A stretch of 64,000 nt of DNA, taken from Sphyrna mokarran (taxonomy: Eukaryota). This document shows, piece after piece, positions 35,500-46,567 of this stretch (the first letter of the stretch is position 1; each line of letters starts with the position of its first letter). A model generated the notes under the pieces. It did no database searches. It was not told the origin of the DNA and saw nothing but the letters and a program-made list of their open reading frames with translations. The position numbers and the translations under genes are program-made. The stretch lies in assembly GCA_024679065.1 (NCBI GenBank), contig JAGIQG010000005.1, positions 93,310,001 through 93,374,000 of the forward strand, in the 5' to 3' direction.

Positions 35500-36640
35500 G
35501 TGTGGTGGGCCAGGAGACTCAGGTGGAAGCTGTGTAGTGGGCTTCCCCTTGGGCGCCACGGCCTCAGTGTGTTTCCAGCTGCTAGATTTCTGGCTTTGTC
35601 AGCTCCACACCAGAAATTGGCATGGAGCTGCATAAATTATTTAAATGAAGATTTGCATGTTATTAGCAGATCCAGGATTTAAGTCTCCGGGCCCACTACC
35701 CCCCTGCCAGGAATGTTTCACTCCAGTAGGGTTTGTAATATCCCCTCACTAGTGGAGGGTTCATGGCCCAACCCCGCTGGATTGAGGTCGGGATAGGGAA
35801 GTGCCTCCTGGGCATTGCCATTCTGGCCTCCTGACATTGCGCAAGGGGCAAAGTGGCAATACCCTAGGGACACTTTGGCACTGCCCACCGGGTATCGGGC
35901 AGCGCAAAGGAGTGGGGCTAAAGCAGGGGCAGGGCCAGAGCGGTGCCAGGTCCTCTGGTGTGGAGATTGGTGGGAGTTATGGCATCATTTCTAAAAGTGG
36001 TGCCTGTGCACAGAAGTTCATACAGAACCTGGCCTCCTCCTCATACCCAATGCACACTCTCCATTTAGTGGTCACAAAGGAAGAGAGACCAGCAATCAGG
36101 ACTGTCCATTGGGTTGAGAGGAGTGGTTTCGGCCTGCTGGGGGTGTCAGCGCTGCGGGGGTAGGGGGCAGTGTTGTGATCGGGACTGCAGTGGCGGGGGA
36201 CCGGGCTGCCAATAGGGGTGATATCAGAAGATCAGGACTGCCAGAAGGGTTTGCGGGGGCAACGAAGTGGACTAGGGGGAGGGGCATCTGGGCTTACTTG
36301 CTTGGATGTGTCAGGGGGGAGCAGCGATTGGGTTGTGAGGGGAGAGGGGAGTGAGAGAGCTAGTGATGCTAGCTAATGATTGAGGTGGCCAGCAACTGGC
36401 GGGGAGGCACCAACATGGTGATCTCAGTGCTGATAGGTCAATGCATGCGCAGTGGCCCGCTCACGCTCTGCTACAGGTCTCTCCAGCAGGAATAGGTCCC
36501 ACCCACAGCTTTGTAATGTGATTCACATTCTGCAGTGCACAGTGTGGGAAATTCAGTTTGAAAATCCCACTGAAAATAACAGCGGGATTTACTCCAGATT
36601 TACATAAATTCAACACGAAGTTTTTTGGGAGAATTGTCCC
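35500..36640 (-). mobile_element. Large Harbinger-type MITE (same family as 14790 and 53718, opposite orientation)
   Basis: 36440-36640 is the reverse complement of ~53720-53925 (TTTTTTGGGAGAAT; TTTGAAAATCCCAYTG; GCATGCGCARTGGCC). Confidence 0.75.
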
Positions 36641-36744
36641 GGGGAGTGATTCTCACTTCTGACAATAATGTAAGATGGATAATATTGGATTTGCTGCTTT
36701 CGATACACCCAATTCTTTCCATCAGAGTTCATTTCCTTGGCTCT

Positions 36745-37160
36745 GCGATAGCAGCATGCCTTTGAGTCAGATGGTTGCTCAAGAGCTGCACTAGAGTCTT
36801 GAGAACATATTCTTAGTGTGTTACTGAGGAAGTGCTGTATTACTGAAGTGTCATCTCTCGGGATGTACCTTACACTAAGACCAAGATCTGAATCCTCAGG
36901 TGAATGTAAAAGATCCCCAAATTCCACTCAAAGAAGTGTGGAGGAGTTTTCCTTGCTGTACCCGCCAATTTTTTCCCCTTTATCAATCCCACTAAAATAT
37001 TGCCATCGATGGAAGCTTGTGCACTAATTGGATCCTGCGGTTTCCTCCATTACAAAGCAAGGACTACACTTTAAAAGTGACTTAGTTGGCTGTGAAGCAC
37101 TTCAGGACATCCTGGAAAAGTGGAAAGTGCTATTTCAATGAAAGTTTGTTCCTTTCTCTT
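36745..37160 (+). mobile_element. Deu-domain SINE (SacSINE1/AmnSINE-like) with L2-type tail
   Basis: GAGTCAGATGGTTG head, TACTGAGGAAGTGCTG, CTCAGGTGAATGTAAAAGATCCC, GACTACACTTTAAAAGT..TTGGCTGTGAAGCACTT and GAAAGTGCTAT..AATG tail. Another fragment lies at ~39628-39692. Confidence 0.75.
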
Positions 37161-37757
37161 GAAAGGAATTGACCTGTCTGGCACTAACACCCGTCTCATT
37201 TCTTAAATAGAGAACAAAATCATCTGTCAATTCTACTTGCTCAACCGAGAGTGAAATATGTGATTGAATGCTGCTTGATTTGCTGGGGAAAAGGATAAAT
37301 CCTCCACCACAAGCCACTTAATGGATGATGTTGAAAACGGAATCAATTTAAGACCTGGATTTACTGACAGTTTGACAAAGTGGGATGGGACATATTAGTT
37401 TTGCTGAAAGAAAGTGGGTGAAAATGTTGAGAGACGCAGAAAACTTTTTCTTTAGGAGAAAAAGAAAATGACATAGAGCCGAACAGACGTATTGCACAAG
37501 TCTGTGACATTGAATTTATATTCGAGTGCTAGCAGATAGAGCCTCCCTTTTCCAGTGGCAGTGTCAAGCATCTGTTGTACTGGCTGCTTGTTAGAGAGTC
37601 AAATATGACCTGTGCCACTGCTTAGGATCAGGAATCATGATGGCATATATAAACACTGGGAGCTCTCAGCAATCTGTTTATATAAGGTAATGGTACAATG
37701 TGTTGCCAGCTCTGTCCTGCTATTTACATACAGCTGTATTAATGGATGCTAAGTCTT

Positions 37758-38050
37758 CAAAGAACAAAGAACAAAGAACAAAACAGCACGGGAAACAGGC
37801 CCTTTGACCCAACGAGCCCATGCTGCCACCCCATTTTCACCCTTGATCCCTGTCTATGTTTATAGAAATCTGCATTGGTATAGAAACCTGCATTGGAACC
37901 AAATTAGCGAGATAATTTAGGGAGAATTTGTTTTGCCAATCAGCCTAAGAGCACGTCTTTGGGATGTGGGAGAAAATCGAAGCACTGGGAGAAAACCCAT
38001 GCAAGCACGGGGAAAATGTGCAAACTCCCACAGATACAGACCCAAATCCA
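37758..38050 (-). mobile_element. Headless V-domain plus CR1-type tail ending in (TTCTTTG)n; probably the 3' end of the adjacent CR1
   Basis: Minus strand GATTTGGGTCTGTATCTGTGGGAGTTTGCACATTTTCCCCG...CTCCCACATCCCAAAGACGTGC...GGGCTCGTTGGGTCAAAGGGCCTGTTTCCCGTGCTG(TTCTTTG)3. No A/B boxes upstream. Confidence 0.8.
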
Positions 38051-38319
38051 TGTATCTGCACAGCACTGCGATAGTCACTGAGCTGTTGTATTGCCCATCA
38101 ATTGGTCCAGTTCAAGCATACACTAACAACGTGAAGCACTGGGCTACTCTCGAGAAATCCAAGAGCAGCCCTCTCACGACCCATTGCTTCTATGCCCCTT
38201 GTTGGACAACAAAGCGGACTGAAGTACCTGTAGGATAAAACAGAAATACATCAATATCATGCACAACTTACGCAATTCCCAGGGAAGTCCGAACGCTCAT
38301 GATCGCTATTTTAAATCAG

Positions 38320-39480
38320 TCTTCTATATCCCTCCATTCCCATTCTGTTCATGTGCCCATCTAAGTATCTCTTAAATAACTCAGAGTCCCTGCCTCCACC
38401 ATTTTACTTGGCAGCGCGTTCCATATCCCCACTACCCATGTGTGAAAAAACTCCCTCTGGCATCCAAATTATACGTTACCCCCCTCACCCTAAGCCCCTG
38501 ACCCCTCGTGCTATTTGAGTCCATCCTAGGAAAAAGCTTAACCCTGTTTACTCTATCTATACCCCTCATAATCTTGTACGCCTCTATTAGATCTCTTCTC
38601 AGTCTATGCCTTTCTATAGAAAACAACCCCAATTTGCCAAACCTTTCTCGTAACCCAGACTTTCTATACCAGGCAACATCCTGGTAAACCTCCTCTGCAC
38701 TCTCTCCAGAGTCTCCACGTCCTTCTGGTAGTAAGGCGACCAGAACTGGACGCAGTATTCCAAATGAGGTCTAACCAACGTTCTATACAACTGCAACATT
38801 AAACGCCAGCTCTTGTACTCTATACCCCTTCCTATAAAGGCTAGTATACCATATGCTTTCCTCACAACCTTTTCCACCTGTTCTGCCACCTTCAAAGACT
38901 TGTGCATCTGCACCCCCAGGTCCCTCTGTGTTTCTTTTATTTTAATTTTGTCTACCCTTTATCAGATACCTCCCCCCTACATTCTTTCCCCCGAAATGCA
39001 TCACCTTGCATTTATCAGGATTGAATTCCATTTGCCGTCTATCTGCCCAATCTACCAGTCTATCTATGTCCTGCTGCATCGCCTAACAATGCTCCTCATT
39101 ATCTGCAAGTCCAGCCATCTTTGTATTGTCTGCAAACTTGCTGATCACACCACTTACTCCCTCTTCCAAGTCGTTTGTATGTATTACAAATAGAAGAGGT
39201 CCCAGTACCGAGCCCTGCGGCACACCACTAATGACCGACCTCCAGCTAGAAAAACACCCTTCCACTATTACTCTGTCTCCTATTACCAAGACAGTTACTT
39301 ATCCATCTAGCTACCTGTCCTTGTAATCTATTAGCCTTGACCTTTTCAACTTACCTCCCATAAGGGACTTTGTCAAACGCCATACTGAAATCCATATAGA
39401 CGACATCAATGGCTCACCCTTTGTCGACCATTTTCGTCACCTCCTCAAAAAATTCTACCAGATTCGTGAGGCACGACCTC
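38320..39480 (-). mobile_element. CpG-rich CR1 LINE ORF2 (RT and C-terminus), frameshifted
   Basis: WRSVISGVPQGSVLGPLLFVIHTNDL...ISKFADNTK; LMLQLYRTLVRPHLEYCVQFWSPYYQKDVETLERVQRRFTRMLPG; RLRRDLIEAYKIMRGIDRV. Confidence 0.97.
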
Positions 39481-39704
39481 TCATGACTTCTTCATGTCAG
39501 AGAGGCAACTACTCACAATCCTTGATATGAAGAACAACCTGATCATACTGAGCCAGCTGTTCAATAGATTTACTCCTCTTCACAAGAGAGAGTCATTTTA
39601 GACCCGCAACCAAGCAGTAATAATTCCATATCTGGTCATTATCACTTTGCTGCTTGTGGGACTTTGCTGAGGGCAAATTGCCTGCCATGTTGTCAAAGAT
39701 AATT

Positions 39705-40555
39705 ACCAAAAGCAAAATCTGAAATAAAAACAGAAAATGCTGGAAAGCGGCATTTGTGAGATGAGTTAAAAGGACTTGATCTGATCTCAGAGCTGGTCGG
39801 CAGTGGGGTACGGGAGAGTTTTGCAGTTAGGAAACCCTAGATAAATAAGTTTATCTCAACTCCTGCTGAATTTCAGGATAGGACTTTATGATCATTTATT
39901 TTGTCTTCATTTTTTGCTCACAGTCAGCTGACTGGACTCTTGGATGACTCTCAGACAAGTCAGCCTTTAGCACCAGGCCACAACCAGGGACTGGAAAGGA
40001 CAGAGTGGGGGATTGGGAAAGCCAGACGTGGGGCTAAGAAAGAAGACCAGAGGGGAGATCACAGGTCATACTGAGGGAAAATAGGGATCTGGAGGAGAGG
40101 GGGAGATTGGAGACCAACTTGAGGTGAGTGGGCTCTGGAGAAATGGAACACGGGAGGCTAGTTAGAGGGAAAATGGGGCTCTGGAGGAATGGAGAGTTTG
40201 CAAGTGTCAGGTAGTGTTCAATTGCAGCAGATGGATGGAACAAGTAAACTATATCCAGCAAGTTAATGGAAAAGTACATAACACCTGGATCCAAAAATCT
40301 TCACTTACATTTAGCTGGTGGCTTTCTTGAAGACCATGAAATCTGGTTGGCCTACTTTAATTTGACAATCTGCCTCCTGTGGGTGAGTTGGCTACTACTC
40401 GTATTCCACCTACATCAGAATTAGAAAAGAGTGGGTTGGAAGTGAACTTGGGTTGGATTTCAGATTTTCAACATTTTTACAGCCCGCCCAAAGCAAATCT
40501 AAAACTAACTAGTCTGTCCAATGTTTCAGGTCGATGACCCATCAGCAGAAACAGA
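39705..40555. mobile_element. PLE 3' end (minus strand; 39705-39770 and 40520-40555) split by a ~750-bp MITE-like insert
   Basis: ATCTGAAATAAAAACAGAAAATGCTGGAAA...GAGTTAA resumes as AATGTTTCAGGTCGATGACC at 40520. Confidence 0.6.
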
Positions 40556-41036
40556 GATTGTTCGAGCCAGACAGTTTTGAATCTAGTGTGGAGCCAGATG
40601 AGCTAAACATTACTGAGGGCATTATAATTGTGGATACTGATCAATAATACTTACTGACTGGTGTAGCTTTGATGCGTGAAGTGACTAAATGCTGCAAGTT
40701 TACAGCAGCCTCCTAGTTGATTTTCCCCAGTGGAGTTCCTTGATCACAGTGGCTGTCAGTGATTGTAGTGATGTTGATGACTGTAGGATGTATCTAATTG
40801 TAAGGAGAAATGTAGGTTAACTTGGGGCTGGGCGATTGCTGAGGGAAGCATGCTTTCTCCTCCAATATCACAAGTATTACTGGAATAGCATTTACCTCTT
40901 CCATACAGCACTGCATGCCTCCCTTTAGCGGTTGCATTTCCCAAGGCAAAAGAAACTCAGCTGACCAGCATTAAAACAGCTTCAAGTAAGATTAAATCTG
41001 AGGCTCGCAGAATCCTTAAAATATTTACATAAGTAT

Positions 41037-41360
41037 GGCAGCACAGTGGCACAGTGATTAGCACTGTTGCCTCACATCTCCAGGGACCTGTGTTCGATTC
41101 CTGGCTTGAGTCACTGTCTGTGAGAAGCTTGCATGTTCTCCTTGTTTGGAATTCCCTCTGATGCTCCGTTTTCCTACCACAGTCCAAAAATGTGCGGCTA
41201 ATGTGCATTGGCCATGCTAAATTGCCCCTTAGTGTCCTGGGATGCGTAGGTTAGAGGGATTAGCTGGGAAAATATGTGGGGTTGCAGGAATAGGTGGGAT
41301 TGTTGTCGGTGCAGATTCAAAGGGCTGAATGGCCTCCTTCTGCGCTATCAGGATTCTATT
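41037..41360 (+). mobile_element. HE1-type V-SINE
   Basis: GGCAGCACAGTGGCACAGTGATTAGCAC head, GTTCGATTCC, V-domain and CR1-type tail. Confidence 0.92.
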
Positions 41361-42214
41361 TTTGTAAGAGATCCATCACCTTGGAGCAATTTGGTTTCTT
41401 ACCATCACTATCTCCACTGTAGAGTTAGGAGGATCATTATTGCATGCAAGCTGTCTTTTCTAATAAGGTGGGAGGACATATTTCTGGCTCCTGATGGGTG
41501 TATGCTTCCTGTCTGCCTTATTGGATGTTTAGGAAGTAATTTAGTGGCAAGAAAATAGCACTGCATGTAAATATCTCTCAGCCACTTTGATGTCTTACCC
41601 TTGGATTGGCACTATTGGGCTACTTAAACAACCCAGTCATATCTGTTAGAAAGGCCAAAATGTGCACATTTTGCTAGAAGTAGGTATAAAATCTAGATAA
41701 TAACCATTACTGCACTGATTGTTAATCTCCCAAGCTTAATAAGGATATGATAACATGGAATATGATGCTGTAAATATTAATAACTGGGGACACATAATTT
41801 TCCTAATTTAAAATACATGCGTACATAACAGTCCAATGATTTGTTTTAATTTCTCCAGTATATAAAATTGAGCATTGTGAATATGAATCCTTTAATTTCT
41901 GTATGTTTTGTTTTACATTTCAAAACTTGGCTTCTGTGAGTTATAAATGATTAAGTTTTGGTCTAACTTCTAAATTTTTCGAACACTTTTTTTGCAGTAA
42001 TTGGTCTGTGCACACGCATGTAGCCACAGGCAGGCTTGTTCTTTCAGAAGCAGCAAAACACAACAGTTGCAGCCAATGATTTCAGTATTAGTCAGGTGGA
42101 AATGAAAGAGAAAATGCACAGAATTTTAAAGTTGCAGTGCAGAGGAGGCTATTCCGGTCTTCGTGCCTGCATCATCTCTCAAAATGGGCAATTCACCTTG
42201 AGCCATTCCCCAAA

Positions 42215-42590
42215 ATAAAAAGGAAAAACTGCAGATGCTGGAGATCTGAAAAAATAATAGGAAATACTGGGAAAACACAGCAGGTCTGGCAGCTTCTGTT
42301 GAGAGAAAAACAGAGTCAACATTTAGAATCCAATATGATTCCTCTTCAGAACTGAAGAGAAGCAGAAGCTAAAGGCAAAATACTGTGGATGCTGGAATCT
42401 GAAACAAAAACAGACAATGCTGGAAAATCTCAATAGGTCTGACAGCATCTGCAAAGAGAGAGTTTTGAGTATGGATGACCCTTTGTTAAAACTCCGATAA
42501 AGGGTCATCCTGACTCAAGACATCAGCTTTATTCTCTTTCTATAGTTGCTGTCAGACCCGCTGAAATTTTCCAACATTTTCTGTGTTTGC
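42215..42590. mobile_element. Two adjacent PLE termini: a minus-strand stub (42215-42360) and a family B fold-back (42370-42590)
   Basis: The stub carries a minus-strand hammerhead remnant CTGAAGA-GGAATC-ATATTG-GATTC-TAAATGTT-GAC. Fold-back arms ~42408-42490 / ~42493-42588 meet at GGATGACCCTTTG..AAAGGGTCATCC. Confidence 0.75.
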
Positions 42591-43064
42591 TGTAGAAGCA
42601 GAAACATGGTGGATTTTCTGCTGCTTAGAAACAAAGGGGCAGATGGAGAAAAACGGGAAGTCGGGGATAGGTTAGAGAGTGGAGGAGGTTCAACTACAAG
42701 GATGTCATTGAGCAAAAGGCAGGAATTCTTATGTCGCAACCATTAGCCTTATCTGCCTTGTGTGTTCTGCCCCTTCCATACACAGATTATCAATTCCCTT
42801 ATTGCTACCTTGCTCTCTTGTTTTGTCCTTTCTCTTTAATTTTTCACATTTTCTCTCACTTGATCCCAGTATTTAGTACAGAAATTCACACATATGCATA
42901 TGAAGAATAAATTAATGTGTTACAAAGTAAACTTTCATCCTTTATTAATACAACAGCCATAGATACAATTATACAAATTAGGAGCAGGAGTAGGCCCTTC
43001 AGTTCCTTGGATATCTGATCTGATTTTAGCATCAACTCCACATTCTGTCTACTCTGGACAGCGT

Positions 43065-43655
43065 AGAATATAAAACAGTACAACACAGGAACAGGCCCTT
43101 CGGCCCATATGTTGTGCTAAATATTATGTCAAATTGAACTAATCCCTTCTGCCTCCTCTTTGCCCATATCTCTCTATTCTTTGCATATTCATGTGCTTAT
43201 CTAAAAACCCCTTAAACTCCCCTATCATATCTGCCTGCACCACCACTCTGGCAGCATATTCCAGACCTATTACTCTCTGTAAAAAAAACTTGACCCTCAC
43301 ATCCCGTTTGAACTTTCCCCTCTAACCTTAACTGCATACTCCTTAGTATTAGACATTTCAATTCTGAGAAAAAGATTCTAACTATCAACCTGTAGTTTTA
43401 AACTCCCCTAACTTTGGGAAAAGATATTGACTATCTAGCTGATCTATGCCCTTCATTCTCTTATAGACCTCTATAAGATCACCCCAATGTTTGCTATGTT
43501 CCAGGAAATAAAGTCCCAGTCTATCCAGTATCTCCCTATAACTCAAACAATCAAGTCCCAGTAGCATTCTAGTAAATCTTTGCTGCATTCTTTCTAGTAT
43601 AATAATATTCTTTCTATAATAGGGTGACCAGGTGTACACACTATTCCAAGTGTTG
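43065..43655 (-). mobile_element. CR1 LINE 3' fragment
   Basis: WSPYYRKNIIILERMQQRFTRMLLGL...GDLIEVYKRMKGID and tail ACAGGCCCTTCGGCCCA. Confidence 0.92.
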
Positions 43656-43774
43656 GCTATGTGCTGGTGGGACGTAGGTTCATAGAGTTTGATTTCTCAT
43701 ATTTAGGAACTACAATGTAGTTCCAAGTCAAACCGTGTGATTGGTGGGGAACTTCCAGATTGCAGTCTACAACT

Positions 43775-44040
43775 ATAGGCCATAGGTTTAAGGTGAGAGG
43801 GGCGATCCTTTTCACACTGAGGGTGGTGAGTGTGGAATAAGCTGCCAGAGGTAGTAGTAGAGGCGGGTACAATTTGGTCTTTTAAGAAGCATTTAGACAG
43901 TTACATGGGTAAGATGGATATTAGAGGGATACGGGCCAAATGCAGGCAATTGGGATTAGCTTCAGGATTTAAAAAAAGGGCAGCATGGACATGGTGGACA
44001 ACAGGATCTGTTTCCATGCTGAAAACCCCTATGACTCTAT
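43775..44040 (+). mobile_element. CR1 LINE 3' fragment
   Basis: WNKLPEVVVEAGTIWSFKKHLDSYM and a CTATGACTCTAT tail. Confidence 0.9.
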
Positions 44041-44389
44041 AATGCACCTTCACCACAAAGACTGCAAAGGTTCAAGAAGATTGCTCACCACCACCTTATT
44101 AAGGGTATTTAGAGATGAACAATACATGCTGGCCTTGCCAATTATTTTATCATTCCAAGGACAAAGAATATAAAATATTGTGTTGTGTGGCACTGCTGCT
44201 GTGCTAAATAGGATTGATTCAGAGCACATTTAGCAACTCAGAACTGGACATCTTTGTGCCACAGTGGAGCTTCAGCAGCAGAAGAATTGTATTCAACAAT
44301 AATAAGCATCATCAAGATCCAGCATATTCCTCACTCCACCATTAATATCAAATCAGGGATTAACAAGTCAGGATTCATCTGTTCTCCTT

Positions 44390-44790
44390 GTTCTTCTAGG
44401 TGGTAGGAGTCAAAGTTTGGAAGATGATGTTGAAGGAGTTTTTGTGAGTTGCTGCAGAATCCTTTAGATGATATATTTTGCTGCTATTGTGTGTCTATGA
44501 TAGAGAGTGAATGTTTAAGTGATATATGGGATGCAAATCAAATGGGCTGTTGTGTCCTGGATAAGAAGTTAAGCTTCTTGATTGTTGTTGGAGTTTCACT
44601 CATCCAAGTAAATGAAGAGTATTCCATCACACTCCTGACCTGGCATTGTAAAGAGTATATATATTGACTTTGGGGAGTCAGGAGGTGGGCTACTCACCAA
44701 AGAATTCCCAGTTGATTTGCTCTTTTGGCCACAGTATTTACATGGCTGATCCAGTTAAGTTTCAGTCAATGATAACACCCAAAAAGTTGA
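44390..44790 (-). mobile_element. CR1 (second subfamily) ORF2 fragment
   Basis: GAGTATTCCATCACACTCCTGAC (minus strand: VRSVMEYS) and AAGCTTCTTGATTGTTGTTGGAG (PTTIKKL). Confidence 0.75.
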
Positions 44791-45746
44791 TCTTTCATAT
44801 AACAGTATTTCCTAATTTTATCCTTGAAAGACCTGACTCTGGTTTTTGCCTCTTGGCTCCTCAATCAGCAACAGTATTTTTGTCTCCATCTACCCTACCT
44901 CTTGACTTTAACATCCTGAAAACTTTGGAAAAATCACCGTTAATCTTCTAAATTCCCATGAATGCATCCTTAACTTCTTATAACTTAGCCTTTGGAATCT
45001 AGGTAATATTCCAATGATTGCACACTCTCCTTGCTCAGGTGTGGCGCCCAGATCTGCAAACAGTGTTTCAGTATAACTAGGATTATAGTTATACTAGTTA
45101 ACTTCTACTCTCTTGTATTCTCATCCTGTAGTTATAAAGGTCAGCATTCCATTAGAGCTATTTTGCACTATATTCATTTCCTCACCACAATGTGATAGAA
45201 GTTTTATGAGCCTGAAATTTCAAAAATTGCTGGAAATGATTATTGTTTGCCCAAATCTTCCCTGCAGTATGTGCCATTTGCAGTTACAGCAAAAAGGAGA
45301 AAATGTCATCAGGCAGAGTTTTTAACATTGATGGAGAGACAAAAGTGGCCATATTGGAGAACTGTCTGTGAATGGAACAGGAAAATGCCCCCAGTTTTAC
45401 CCCCTCTACCAGAGTTCAAAGTTCCACCCAGCATCTCTGGCTGAAAGATTCAAGCTTCACTTATTTGCCATCTCAGAGCAAAAATGAGATAGCAACCTGT
45501 GCAAAATCAACTGGAGCAAAGCAAACTATCCTAAATGCTGGAAATCTCAAATAAAAACAGGAAATATTGGAAATACTCAGCAGGTCTGGTAACATCTGTG
45601 AGAGAGATATGGAGTTAATGGGCAGGATTTGCTGACCCAACCTACCCCATGGTGCTGTCAATGTGTTTTCTTATTGTTTGCACCCTTCACTGCTAGGAAA
45701 TCCACGATGTAGTGGTCAGCAGAATCAAAGGATCCCGCTGGTGGGA

Positions 45747-46025
45747 TAGTTTAGATCAGAGTTGAGGAGGAACTTCTTCACTCAAAGGGTGGTGAATCTC
45801 TGGAATTCTCTGCCCATTAAAGTGGTGGAGGCTACCTTGCTGAATACATTTAAGTCATGGATAGATAAGTTTCTGATAGACAAGGGAATTAAGGGTTATG
45901 GGGAGAAAGCGGGAAAGTGGTACTGAACCATTACAGATCAGCCATGATCTTATTGAATGGCGGGGCAGGCTCAAGGGGCTGGATGGCCTACTCAAGTTCC
46001 TATTTCTTATATTCTTATGTTCTTA
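45747..46025 (+). mobile_element. CR1 3' fragment with 8-bp TSD
   Basis: GAGTTGAGGAGGAACTTCTTCACTCAAAGGGTGGTGAATCTCTGGAATTC...(TTCTTATG)n, flanked by TGGTGGGA at 45739-45746 and 46026-46033. Confidence 0.93.
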
Positions 46026-46251
46026 TGGTGGGAATGACTGGAAAGGTTTGGCTGATGTTTTAGCCCAATAACCTTCCTGTAGAACTAGAAGACGTTAAAG
46101 GTTTGAAACATGTATAGAAGTAGGAAAAGGCTGGGGTTCAAAAGGTAAAGTCTGTAATAAGATTGAGGGCAAGTTAAGTGTCAAATCAAATGACAGTGCA
46201 AAGCAAAAGATAGTGGTAATGTGACAAGTGAAAAAACAAGCGGTATGACTA

Positions 46252-46567
46252 GGTGACACTGTGGCATAGTGATTAGCACTGAGCCTCACAGCATCAGAAA
46301 TCCAGATTCAATTCTGTCGTCAGGTCACTCACTGTCTGTGTAGAGTTGTACATTCTCCCAGTGGGTTTCCTTTGTGTGCTCCGGTTTCCTCCTATAGCCC
46401 AAAGATGTGCAAGTTGATTGGCTATGTTGAATTAACCCTAGTGTCAGGGGGATTAGCAGGGGAAATGTGTAGGACGATAAGCATGGGACCAGGGTGGGAT
46501 TGAGGTCAGTACAGACACGATGAGCCGAATGGCCGCCCTCTCCATTGTAAAGTTTTTATAATTCTAC
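46252..46567 (+). mobile_element. HE1-type V-SINE
   Basis: Head GTGGCATAGTGATTAGCACTG, V-domain and GCCGAATGGCC tail. Confidence 0.88.

Noticed and set aside
37861-37897. 18-bp tandem duplication TATAGAAAYCTGCATTGG
   Set aside because: A simple local slippage inside a retroelement tail, with no sign of function.
38813-39193. 126-aa plus-strand ORF
   Set aside because: It is the antisense frame of CR1 ORF2.
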